Positions 57,025 through 64,000 of a stretch of 64,000 nt of DNA are shown piece by piece. The notes under the pieces are model-generated. The model worked only from the letters and a program-made list of their open reading frames with translations, had not been told where the DNA came from and made no database searches. This stretch comes from Hyalangium minutum. Lineage in GTDB: Bacteria; Myxococcota; Myxococcia; Myxococcales; Myxococcaceae. Made by a program: the position numbers and the translations under genes. The stretch is taken from NCBI RefSeq assembly GCF_000737315.1, contig NZ_JMCB01000003.1, positions 217,394-281,393 of the forward strand, written 5' to 3'. Within the stretch, counting starts at the first letter, position 1. Each line of letters opens with the position of its first letter.

Positions 57025-57631
57025 CATGAAGCCCTCTTGCCGCCTGCTCCTGCTCCTGGCCCTCACCGCCGGTTGCGCCACGACGCCCCAGGGGCCCTCG
57101 GCCGCTGCGGAGTCCTATGCCAAGGCGCTCGAGGAGAACCGGCTCACGGACGCCTATGCCCTCACCACCGGGCTGGCCGAGGGTGAGAAGGGCTTCCAGG
57201 AGCGCTATGCGGACGCCGCCGCGCGCCAGGAGCGGGCCGCCTCCGTGCGTGCCGTGGTGGGCCAGCTCGAGGCGCGGGCGCCGAACCTGATCGTCGAGCG
57301 CCGGGAGAACGCCTGGCGCGTGGTGGAGACGCGGCCGGCAGACGAGGCCAAGGCGGTGCTGACGCGCTTTCTCAACGCGGTGGATGCGCGGGACTGGGAG
57401 AAGGCCTGGAGCCTGCTGAGCGCGCCGCTGCGCTCCCGCTACACGCCAGACCGGTTCCGCGACGACTTCGAGCGCGAGCCCCTGGCCAGGGAGCGTGTGC
57501 GCAAGGCCCGGCTGGCACTCAAAGGCGCCATGAAGGTAACGAACGCGGAGGCCTCCATTGCCTTGGGGGCGGATCGGGCGGTGCGGCTGGTGATGGAGGA
57601 CGGCGAGTACCGGGTGGCCGCCATCGAGTGA
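57025..57631 (+). CDS. Hypothetical lipoprotein (about 202 aa).
   Basis: MKPSCRLLLLLALTAGCATTPQ is a lipoprotein signal peptide. It is divergent from the ELWxxDGT gene (163-bp intergenic region). No recognisable catalytic motif. Confidence 0.55.
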
Positions 57632-57637
57632 GCTTCA

Positions 57638-57699
57638 TTAACGGGAGCGTGCAGGCGGGCGGAGGGACGGAGCGTGCAGGCGGGGCCGGGGCCCGTTAA
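57638..57699 (+). promoter_or_regulatory. Composite repeat element between the lipoprotein gene and apbC/mrp: an 8-bp inverted repeat TTAACGGG...CCCGTTAA flanking two copies of the 16-nt direct repeat GGAGCGTGCAGGCGGG.
   Basis: Read directly. TTAACGGG is at 57638-57645. The direct repeats are at 57644-57659 and 57669-57684. CCCGTTAA is at 57692-57699. It starts 7 nt after the stop at 57631. A TTGACA hexamer at 57706-57711 follows, but no matching -10 is seen. Confidence 0.3.
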
Positions 57700-57789
57700 A
57701 CGTCGTTGACAGCCCGGGGGGGGCTGGCCATCCTCCGCGCCCTTCCGGGCTCGCAACCGCCCGATTTCCAAAAGGTTTCAGGTGTTTCG

Positions 57790-58881
57790 ATGAGCGTTTC
57801 CGAGCGCGACATCCTCGCGGCGATGTCCAAGGTGATGGATCCCGAGCTTCACGTGGATCTGGTGAAGGCGGGCATGGTGAAGGACATCCGTCTCAACGGC
57901 GATGCGGTGAAGCTGAAGATCGAGCTGACCACGCCGGCCTGTCCAATGAAGGGGAAGATCCAGGCGGACGCCGAGGCAGCGCTCAAGGCCGTGCCGGGGC
58001 TGAAGTCCTTCGACATCGAGTGGGGAGCGCAGGTGCGGGCCACGGGTGGCGCGGGGCCGGGCCAGCAGGGCCAGGCGCTGCTGCCGGGTGTGAAGAACAT
58101 CGTCCTGGTGGGCGCGGGCAAGGGCGGTGTGGGCAAGAGCACGGTGGCGGTGAACCTGGCCGTGAGCCTGGCCAAGCACGGGGCGAAGGTGGGCCTGCTG
58201 GACGCGGACTTCTACGGCCCATCCATCCCGCTGATGACCGGGATTACCGAGCGCCCGGTGAGCCCGGACGGCAAGACGCTCAACCCGATGATCAAGCACG
58301 GGCTGAAGGTCATGTCGATCGGCTTCCTGGTGGAGTCGGATCAGGCGCTCATCTGGCGTGGGCCCATGCTGCACGGGGCGCTGATGCAGCTGGTGCGCGA
58401 CGTGAACTGGGGCGAGCTGGACTACCTCATCCTGGATCTGCCGCCGGGCACGGGCGACGTGGCGCTCTCGCTGTCGCAGAGCGTGCGCGCGGCGGGCGCG
58501 GTGTTGGTGACGACGCCGCAGGACGTGGCGCTGGCGGACGTGGTGCGCGCCAAGCAGATGTTCGACAAGGTCCACATTCCGGTGCTGGGGATCGTAGAGA
58601 ACATGAGCCAGTTCGTGTGCCCGAACTGCTCGCACACGACGCACATCTTCAACAAGGGCGGCGGCCGCAAGGCGGCGGAGATGTTCAACATCTCCTTCTT
58701 GGGCGAGGTGCCTCTGGATCTGAAGGTGCGCGAGTCGGGTGATGCGGGAGTGCCGGTGGTGGCGGGCGCCCCGGAGAGCCTGGAGGCGAAGGCGTTCATG
58801 GAGATCGCCCGCAACGTGGCCGGCCGGGTGTCCGCGGAGAGCGCGCGGGCCATCCGTCTGCCGGTGATGCAGGCGCGCTGA
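57790..58881 (+). CDS. apbC: Mrp/ApbC/NBP35-family Fe-S cluster carrier ATPase with an N-terminal DUF59 (MIP18-like) domain.
   Basis: ILAAMSKVMDPELHVDLVKAGMV is DUF59-like. The Walker A/deviant P-loop GKGGVGKST and the DADFYGPSIP motif are present. The CPNC motif (FVCPNCSH) is characteristic of Mrp/ApbC. Confidence 0.9.
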   Translation: MSVSERDILAAMSKVMDPELHVDLVKAGMVKDIRLNGDAVKLKIELTTPACPMKGKIQADAEAALKAVPGLKSFDIEWGAQVRATGGAGPGQQGQALLPGVKNIVLVGAGKGGVGKSTVAVNLAVSLAKHGAKVGLLDADFYGPSIPLMTGITERPVSPDGKTLNPMIKHGLKVMSIGFLVESDQALIWRGPMLHGALMQLVRDVNWGELDYLILDLPPGTGDVALSLSQSVRAAGAVLVTTPQDVALADVVRAKQMFDKVHIPVLGIVENMSQFVCPNCSHTTHIFNKGGGRKAAEMFNISFLGEVPLDLKVRESGDAGVPVVAGAPESLEAKAFMEIARNVAGRVSAESARAIRLPVMQAR

Positions 58882-58905
58882 GTCCCGAAGTCCCGGAGGT
58901 CCCTC

Positions 58906-59385
58906 ATGGCTGGTGACAGCAACGACTTTCCGCCGGATCCGCTCGATGACGACTACCAGCAGCCGCACTCGGGCCGCGAGGGGCGTGCGGGCTTTGTGCC
59001 CGACTTCGTGCGCAAGGTGGCGGTGGCGGGGCTAGGCGCCATCTTCATGACGGAGGAGGGCATCCGGAACCTGGCGGGACAGCTCAAGCTGCCCAAGGAG
59101 ATGCTCGGCTTCGTGCTCTCCCAGGCGGAGAAGACGAAGGACGAGGTCGGCCGGGTGCTGGCGGAGGAGGTGCGCCGCTTCCTACAGTCGGAGAAGCTGC
59201 GCGAGGAGTTCGTGAAGCTGATGTCGGGGATGACCTTGGATGTGCGGGCGCAGATCCGCCTGGTGCCCGCCGACGAGGACAAGAAGGAGGCCTCGTCCGA
59301 GGAGGGCTCGGGTGTCCCCACGACGCCCAAGGTGACCGTCTCCGAGGTGAACGCGCGCCGCGGCAAGCGGGCGAAGAAGGAGTGA
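58906..59385 (+). CDS. Hypothetical protein, helical and K/E-rich; possibly a phasin-like (PHA granule-associated) protein.
   Basis: It is 159 aa with predicted amphipathic helices (LKLPKEMLGFVLSQAEKTKDEVGRVLAEEVRRFLQSEKLREEFVKLM). It sits immediately upstream of a 3-hydroxybutyryl-CoA dehydrogenase cluster. The phasin assignment is speculative. Confidence 0.45.
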   Translation: MAGDSNDFPPDPLDDDYQQPHSGREGRAGFVPDFVRKVAVAGLGAIFMTEEGIRNLAGQLKLPKEMLGFVLSQAEKTKDEVGRVLAEEVRRFLQSEKLREEFVKLMSGMTLDVRAQIRLVPADEDKKEASSEEGSGVPTTPKVTVSEVNARRGKRAKKE

Positions 59386-59789
59386 CGTTGGAGTCTGAAG
59401 CACGGCCCAGCTGGCGGAACCGCCCCTTGATGAAGCGCCTGCCGTTGCTGGTGATGGCGGCGCTGGGCGTGTGGCTCTGGCAGACGATGGGCACGCCGGA
59501 GCGCGAGCTGGTCTGGCAACTGGACGGCTCGGGCTGGGCGGCGGTACGGGCGCTGGACCTCCAGGTGACGGCGCCGGACGGGAAGATCCTCAAGCGGGAG
59601 GAGCGGTTCTTTACCGGAGCGCCTCCGCACGAGGTGACGCTGAAGGTGGCGCTGCCGGAGGGCACCTACCGCGCGCTCATCTTCGTGAAAGAGGAGAACC
59701 GCCCCACGCGGCCCCCACTGGTGGAATCCCTGACGATTGGCTCGGAGCAGTATGTGCTCCGGACGCTGAGACTGCCGGCGATCCGTTGA
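59382..59789 (+). CDS. Hypothetical protein with an N-terminal membrane anchor/signal (135 aa).
   Basis: A GTG start overlaps the upstream stop (GTGA). MKRLPLLVMAALGVWLWQ is a hydrophobic N-terminus. Good GC3. No motifs recognised. Confidence 0.4.
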   Translation: MTLESEARPSWRNRPLMKRLPLLVMAALGVWLWQTMGTPERELVWQLDGSGWAAVRALDLQVTAPDGKILKREERFFTGAPPHEVTLKVALPEGTYRALIFVKEENRPTRPPLVESLTIGSEQYVLRTLRLPAIR

Positions 59790-59851
59790 CCGGCTGGGAG
59801 GCGGGGGCTATAGCGCCCGCACTTTCACTCTCGGCTGGAGCAGGAGACGCC

Positions 59852-60700
59852 ATGGCAACGGAGCACATCGTCGTCGTCGGGGCAGGGCAGATGGGAGCGG
59901 GCATCGCGCAGGTCTCGCTGCTGGCGGGGCTGCGCGTCACGCTGGTGGACGTCTCGAAGGAGGGGCTCGCCAAGGGCGCGGACCGCATTCGGGCTGGCCT
60001 GGCGAAGCTGGTGGAGAAGGGCAAGCTGGACGACGCCAAGCGCAAGGCCGCCGAGGCGAACCTGGCCACGGCCACCAGCGCCGCCGAGGTGAAGGACGTG
60101 GACTTCGCCGTCGAGGCGGTGACGGAGAACGAGGACCTCAAGCGCCGCATCTTCCAGGAGCTGGACGGGGTGGTGAAGCCCGGGGGCGTGCTGGCGACGA
60201 ACACCTCGTCCATTCCGATCACGCGCATCGCGGCGGGGACGAAGCGGCCCGAGGCGGTGATCGGGATGCACTTCATGAACCCGGTGCCAGTGATGCAGCT
60301 GGTGGAGCTGATCCGGGGCGCGGCGACGTCGGACGAGACGTACCAGAAGACAAAGGCGCTGGCGGAGAAGATGGGGAAGACGACGGTGGTGTCCAAGGAC
60401 ATGCCGGGCTTCATCGTCAACCGCATCCTGATTCCGATGCTGAACGAGGCGTGCTTCGCGCTGATGGAGGGGCTGGGGACGGCGGAGGACATCGACACGG
60501 CGATGAAGCTGGGGACGAACCAGCCCATGGGCCCGCTGCAGCTGGCGGACTTCATCGGCCTGGACACGTGCCTCTACATCGCCGAGGTGCTCCACAAGGG
60601 CCTGGGCGACAGCAAGTACCGCCCGTGCCCGCTGCTGCGTCAGTACGTGGACGCCGGTTGGTACGGCAAGAAGAGCGGCCGCGGCTTCTACAAGTACTAG
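59852..60700 (+). CDS. hbd: 3-hydroxybutyryl-CoA (3-hydroxyacyl-CoA) dehydrogenase, NAD-dependent.
   Basis: The Rossmann motif IVVVGAGQMGAGIAQV, the NTSS motif, and the C-terminal 3HCDH domain (PMGPLQLADFIGLDTC) are present. The ATG at 59852 has GGAGAC upstream. The longer ORF from 59471 is rejected. Confidence 0.9.
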   Translation: MATEHIVVVGAGQMGAGIAQVSLLAGLRVTLVDVSKEGLAKGADRIRAGLAKLVEKGKLDDAKRKAAEANLATATSAAEVKDVDFAVEAVTENEDLKRRIFQELDGVVKPGGVLATNTSSIPITRIAAGTKRPEAVIGMHFMNPVPVMQLVELIRGAATSDETYQKTKALAEKMGKTTVVSKDMPGFIVNRILIPMLNEACFALMEGLGTAEDIDTAMKLGTNQPMGPLQLADFIGLDTCLYIAEVLHKGLGDSKYRPCPLLRQYVDAGWYGKKSGRGFYKY

Positions 60701-60723
60701 AGCACCGAGCCGTCTCGGATCCT

Positions 60724-61356
60724 TTAGGGCACGGGGCGCACGGGAAGCGGAGCCGTCTTCAAGTTCGCCAGATCGAGGACGAACTCGAGCTTCTCGAGCT
60801 GCTGCCCCCAGCCGATCTGCACCGTCACCTTGACGCTTCCCTTCTTCGGGAGGGGAGCGCCCCAGAGCACGGTGCGCATGACCGAGGCTTTGCCAGTGGA
60901 CACCCCGAATGCGTCCTCAAGGGTCCTGCCATCGGTGGCAAGGACGTCCTTCGGATCGAAGAGCTCGGTGCCTGGCTCGAAGCGCTTCTTGAGGAGCGTC
61001 TCGGTCATCGCCTGGTAGCTCTGACCATCGATGGTGAAATCTCGCAGCTCGGCTAGGGAGAAGAGCCCCGTGGCCGAGGGCTGCCGGACGAAGAGAAACT
61101 CGAACCCGAGCCCGTCGGGTGCTTCCTGCCTCGCGGCGGTCTGAGCGTCGAGCTTCCAGGCCCGTAGCAACAGGGCCCGCGAGTGCGCGCCTTTCTTCTC
61201 CGTCACGACGGCCGGGGGCTTGGCCTTCTTGGCGGCGCCTTGGCTTGGAGGGGCGCTGGCGCTGGCCGTCTGCAAGGGAGCGGTGACCCCCAGGAACAGG
61301 GAGAACGTCAGCAGGGCGATGGAACGGGTGTGACGGGCGGGATCCAACACGCTCAT
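60724..61356 (-). CDS. Hypothetical secreted protein (210 aa) with an N-terminal signal peptide.
   Basis: IALLTFSLFLGVTAPLQTASASA is a signal peptide. No motif recognised. It is convergent with hbd. Confidence 0.5.
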   Translation of the reverse strand: MSVLDPARHTRSIALLTFSLFLGVTAPLQTASASAPPSQGAAKKAKPPAVVTEKKGAHSRALLLRAWKLDAQTAARQEAPDGLGFEFLFVRQPSATGLFSLAELRDFTIDGQSYQAMTETLLKKRFEPGTELFDPKDVLATDGRTLEDAFGVSTGKASVMRTVLWGAPLPKKGSVKVTVQIGWGQQLEKLEFVLDLANLKTAPLPVRPVP

Positions 61357-61438
61357 GGAGGCCTCTGGGAATATGCCTTGGAGGGGACTCGGGGAATGGT
61401 ATGGATAACCGCGTCTCGACGGAACACGAGGACCTCAC

Positions 61439-62215
61439 ATGGCCTACGAGAACATCAAGCTGGAGACGCAGGGCCCCATCAGCACGCTCACGATCGACCG
61501 GCCCAAGGCGCTCAACGCGCTCAACAGCAAGACCCTTCAGGAGATCGAGTCCGCGCTGCAGTCCCTGGGCCCGGACACCCGCGTGCTCATCGTCACCGGA
61601 GGCGGGGAGAAGGCCTTCGTCGCCGGCGCGGACATCTCGGAGATGTCCTCGATCAGCGCGGCACAGGCTCGTGAGTTCGCCGCCCTCGGCCACCGCGTGT
61701 TCCTGGCGCTGGAGTCTCTGCCGTTCCCCACCATCGCTGCGGTGAACGGCTTTGCCCTGGGCGGCGGCTGCGAGCTGGCCCTGGCGTGCGACCTCATCTA
61801 CGCCTCGGAGAAGGCCAAGATGGGCCTGCCGGAGGTCTCCCTCGGCGTTATCCCCGGCTTCGGCGGGACGCAGCGGCTCGCGCGGCTCGTGGGGAAGATG
61901 CGCGCCAAGGAGCTCATCTTCTCGGGTAGCCATGTGACGGCGGCGCAGGCCAAGGAATACGGCATGGTGCTGGATGTGCTGCCTCCGGAGAAGCTCATGG
62001 AGCATTGCCAGGGGGTGGCCGCGAAGATCCTCAAGAACGGCCCGCTGGCCATCTCGCAGGCCAAGCGCGTCATCGAGTTCGGCGCGGACCAAGACCTGCG
62101 CGCTGCCAACGAGCTGGAGCGCCAGGGCTTCGCCGTCCTCTTCGGCTCGGAGGACCAGCGCGAGGGCATGAAGGCCTTCCTGGAGAAGCGCCCCGCCTCC
62201 TTCATGGGCAAGTAG
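61439..62215 (+). CDS. crt: Enoyl-CoA hydratase (crotonase family).
   Basis: ISTLTIDRPKALNAL, VLIVTGGGEKAFVAGADI and the catalytic-Glu context GGGCELALACDLIYASEKAKMGLPEVSLGVIPGFGGTQRL are crotonase-fold signatures. Confidence 0.9.
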   Translation: MAYENIKLETQGPISTLTIDRPKALNALNSKTLQEIESALQSLGPDTRVLIVTGGGEKAFVAGADISEMSSISAAQAREFAALGHRVFLALESLPFPTIAAVNGFALGGGCELALACDLIYASEKAKMGLPEVSLGVIPGFGGTQRLARLVGKMRAKELIFSGSHVTAAQAKEYGMVLDVLPPEKLMEHCQGVAAKILKNGPLAISQAKRVIEFGADQDLRAANELERQGFAVLFGSEDQREGMKAFLEKRPASFMGK

Positions 62216-62242
62216 GCATCTGCCCACAGCACCGGGAAGCCG

Positions 62243-62254
62243 TCCGACCGGTCG
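62243..62254 (+). promoter_or_regulatory. Perfect 12-bp palindrome CCGACCGGTCGG in the crt-acd intergenic region; candidate operator.
   Basis: Read directly. It is its own reverse complement. It lies 112 nt upstream of the acd ATG. Confidence 0.25.
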
Positions 62255-62365
62255 GTTTCTCATGGGCGCGGCAACCTGGACTCGGGGGAGCCCGCTGACG
62301 AGCGGTATTCCCCAGCGCCGCGCCTCATTATAAGGAGTCCGAGCCCCATCCCCTTCAGGAGTGCC

Positions 62366-63508
62366 ATGAACTTCGAGCTGACCGACATCCAGCGTGACAT
62401 CCAGCGGATGTGCCGAGAGTTCGCCGCCAAAGAGCTCATCCCCAACGCCCGTAAGTGGGACGAGACCCACGCGTGGCCCACCGAGGCCGTGAAGAAGCTG
62501 GCGGAGCTGGCGCTGCTGGGCGTCGCGGTGCCGGAGCAGTACGGCGGCGCCGGGCTGGACAACGTCTGCTACGCCATCGCCATGGAGGAGATCAGCCGCG
62601 GCTGCGCCTCCACCGGCGTCATCATGAGCGTGAACAACTCGCTGTACTGCGATCCGGTGATGAAGTTCGGCACCGAGGCGCAGAAGCAGGAGTTCCTCGT
62701 CCCGTTCGCGCGCGGCGAGAAGCTCGGCTGCTTCGGCCTCACCGAGCCCGAGGCTGGCAGCGACGCGGCCGCCCAGAAGACCACCGCCGTCCGCCGGGGT
62801 GACGAGTACGTCATCAACGGCTCGAAGAACTGGATCACGGTGGGCCCGAAGGCGGACGCCATCGTCCTGTTCACGATGACGAACAAGGAAGCGGGCAACA
62901 AGGGCATCACCGCGTTCCTGGTTCCGACGAACACGCCGGGCTTCATCCGCGCCGAGCCGGACAAGAAGATGGGCATCAGTGCAGCGCACTCGTGCTCCAT
63001 GTTCTTCGAGGACATGCGCGTACCGGCCAAGAACATCCTCGGCAAGGAGGGGGATGGCTTCAAGGTGGCCATGAGCACGCTGGACGGCGGGCGCATCGGC
63101 ATCGCGGCGCAGGCGCTGGGCATCGCGCGGGCGGCCTTCGAGGAGGCGGTGCGGTACTCGGGGGAGCGCAAGACGTTCGGCAAGCCCATCCGCGATCACC
63201 AGGCCATCCAGTTCATGCTGGCGGACATGGCCACGGAGATCGACGCGGCGCGGCTGCTGGTGTGGCAGGCGGCGCTGCTCAAGGACAAGGGCGTGCGCCA
63301 CAGCGTGGAGAGCGCCATGGCGAAGCTGTACGCCAGCGAGATGGCCAGCCGCGTGGCGAACAAGGCCCTGCAGGTCCATGGCGGCATGGGCTACAGCAAG
63401 GAGATGGACGCCGAGCGCCACGTGCGCGACGCCCGCATCACTGAGATCTACGAGGGGACGAGCGAGATCCAGCGCATCGTCATCTCGGCCAACCTGCTGA
63501 AGGACTAG
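62366..63508 (+). CDS. Acyl-CoA dehydrogenase (short/butyryl-CoA dehydrogenase-like), 380 aa.
   Basis: GCFGLTEPEAGSDAA is the ACAD signature. A C-terminal YEGTSEIQ motif is present. AGGAGT lies 9 nt upstream of the ATG. Confidence 0.9.
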   Translation: MNFELTDIQRDIQRMCREFAAKELIPNARKWDETHAWPTEAVKKLAELALLGVAVPEQYGGAGLDNVCYAIAMEEISRGCASTGVIMSVNNSLYCDPVMKFGTEAQKQEFLVPFARGEKLGCFGLTEPEAGSDAAAQKTTAVRRGDEYVINGSKNWITVGPKADAIVLFTMTNKEAGNKGITAFLVPTNTPGFIRAEPDKKMGISAAHSCSMFFEDMRVPAKNILGKEGDGFKVAMSTLDGGRIGIAAQALGIARAAFEEAVRYSGERKTFGKPIRDHQAIQFMLADMATEIDAARLLVWQAALLKDKGVRHSVESAMAKLYASEMASRVANKALQVHGGMGYSKEMDAERHVRDARITEIYEGTSEIQRIVISANLLKD

Positions 63509-63515
63509 CGCGCCG

Positions 63516-64000
63516 TGAACCTCGAGCTGACCGAGACCCAGACGCTGATCCGCGACACCGCACGCAAGTTCGCCAAGGAGAAGGTGGCTCCGCAGGCGCG
63601 CAAGCTGGATCGCGAGGAGATCTTCCCCACGGCCACCTTCAAGGAGCTGGCCGAGCTGGGGCTGATGGGCGTGAACCTCCCCACGCGCTACGGCGGCGCC
63701 GAGGCCGGCGTGGTGGCCTACGCGCTGGCGATGATGGAGATCGCCGCGGCGGACGCGTCCACCTCGGTGGCCATGTCGGTGACGAACATGTGCGCGGAGC
63801 TGATCTACATGTTCGGCACGGACGCGCAGCGCGAGAAGTTCGTCACGAAGCTGACCTCGGGCGAGGCGGTGGTGGGCTCGTTCGCGCTGTCCGAGCCGCA
63901 TGCGGGCTCGGATCCGGGGGCGATGAACACCTCGGCGGTGCGCAAGGGCGACACGTGGGTGCTCAACGGCAGCAAGCAGTGGATCACCTCGGGCGCGCAC
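63516..64000 (+). CDS. Second acyl-CoA dehydrogenase, 3'-truncated by the window end.
   Basis: A GTG start 8 nt after the previous stop. GSFALSEPHAGSDPGAM is the ACAD signature. The frame is open to the window end. Confidence 0.85.

Noticed and set aside
57706-57734. A perfect TTGACA -35-like hexamer upstream of apbC.
   Set aside because: No acceptable -10 (the hexamer at the 17-nt spacing is CATCCT). GC-rich myxobacterial promoters are hard to call by eye. It is not reported as a promoter.
59471-59851. A long N-terminal extension of the hbd ORF.
   Set aside because: The extension is antisense-like and G/A/R-rich, and overlaps the 59382-59789 gene. A canonical ATG at 59852 with GGAGAC upstream gives the conserved MATEHIVVVGAGQMG Rossmann start.
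1-64000. Scanned for tRNA, rRNA, IS elements with terminal inverted repeats, integrase or att sites, and CRISPR arrays.
   Set aside because: None found. No cloverleaf-like conserved tRNA boxes in the few intergenic regions. No rRNA-like low-GC3-free stretches. No transposase other than the Rpn-like gene, which lacks flanking inverted repeats in the window.

Overview
This high-GC window (roughly 70%, by eye) looks like a Myxococcota chromosome. That is an inference from the composition, a eukaryotic-like Ser/Thr kinase, an ELWxxDGT-repeat lipoprotein, and many Ig/IPT-rich giant lipoproteins. About 44.7 kb of the plus strand is one three-gene block whose stop and start codons overlap by ATGA.

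Gene 1 (2-29857) is a 5'-truncated giant protein of more than 9,938 aa. It has about 22 N-terminal Ig-like domains, then seven tandem supermodules of about 600 aa each (LVIVD-like beta-propeller plus Ig plus two IPT/TIG domains), then more Ig and propeller regions. Its C-terminus carries Cys/Asp-rich Ca-binding-like repeats and three paralogous beta-sandwich domains.

Gene 2 (29854-30723) is a PrsA/SurA-like parvulin PPIase lipoprotein.

Gene 3 (30720-44768) is a 4,682-aa lipoprotein RHS/YD-repeat polymorphic toxin. It has Ig domains, a carboxypeptidase-regulatory-like plug, the YD shell, the RHS core (DPSGL), a glycine-zipper linker, a Hint domain (CFVAGT...HNSC), and a C-terminal candidate deaminase toxin domain (HAE...PTCKLC). 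No immunity gene follows it: a convergent Ser/Thr kinase ends 13 bp downstream.

The remaining roughly 19 kb holds an Rpn/YhgA-like PD-(D/E)XK nuclease with an in-frame (EGKA)n 12-nt tandem repeat, an ArsB/NhaD-type permease, rtcA, sppA, an ATP-grasp enzyme, an esterase, a Zn-ribbon membrane protein, an ELWxxDGT lipoprotein, Mrp/ApbC, a phasin-like protein, and an hbd-crt-acd-acd beta-oxidation cluster.

No rRNA, tRNA, CRISPR, or IS element with terminal inverted repeats was seen. The many long minus-strand ORFs across the giant genes are antisense artefacts of GC3-rich coding sequence.
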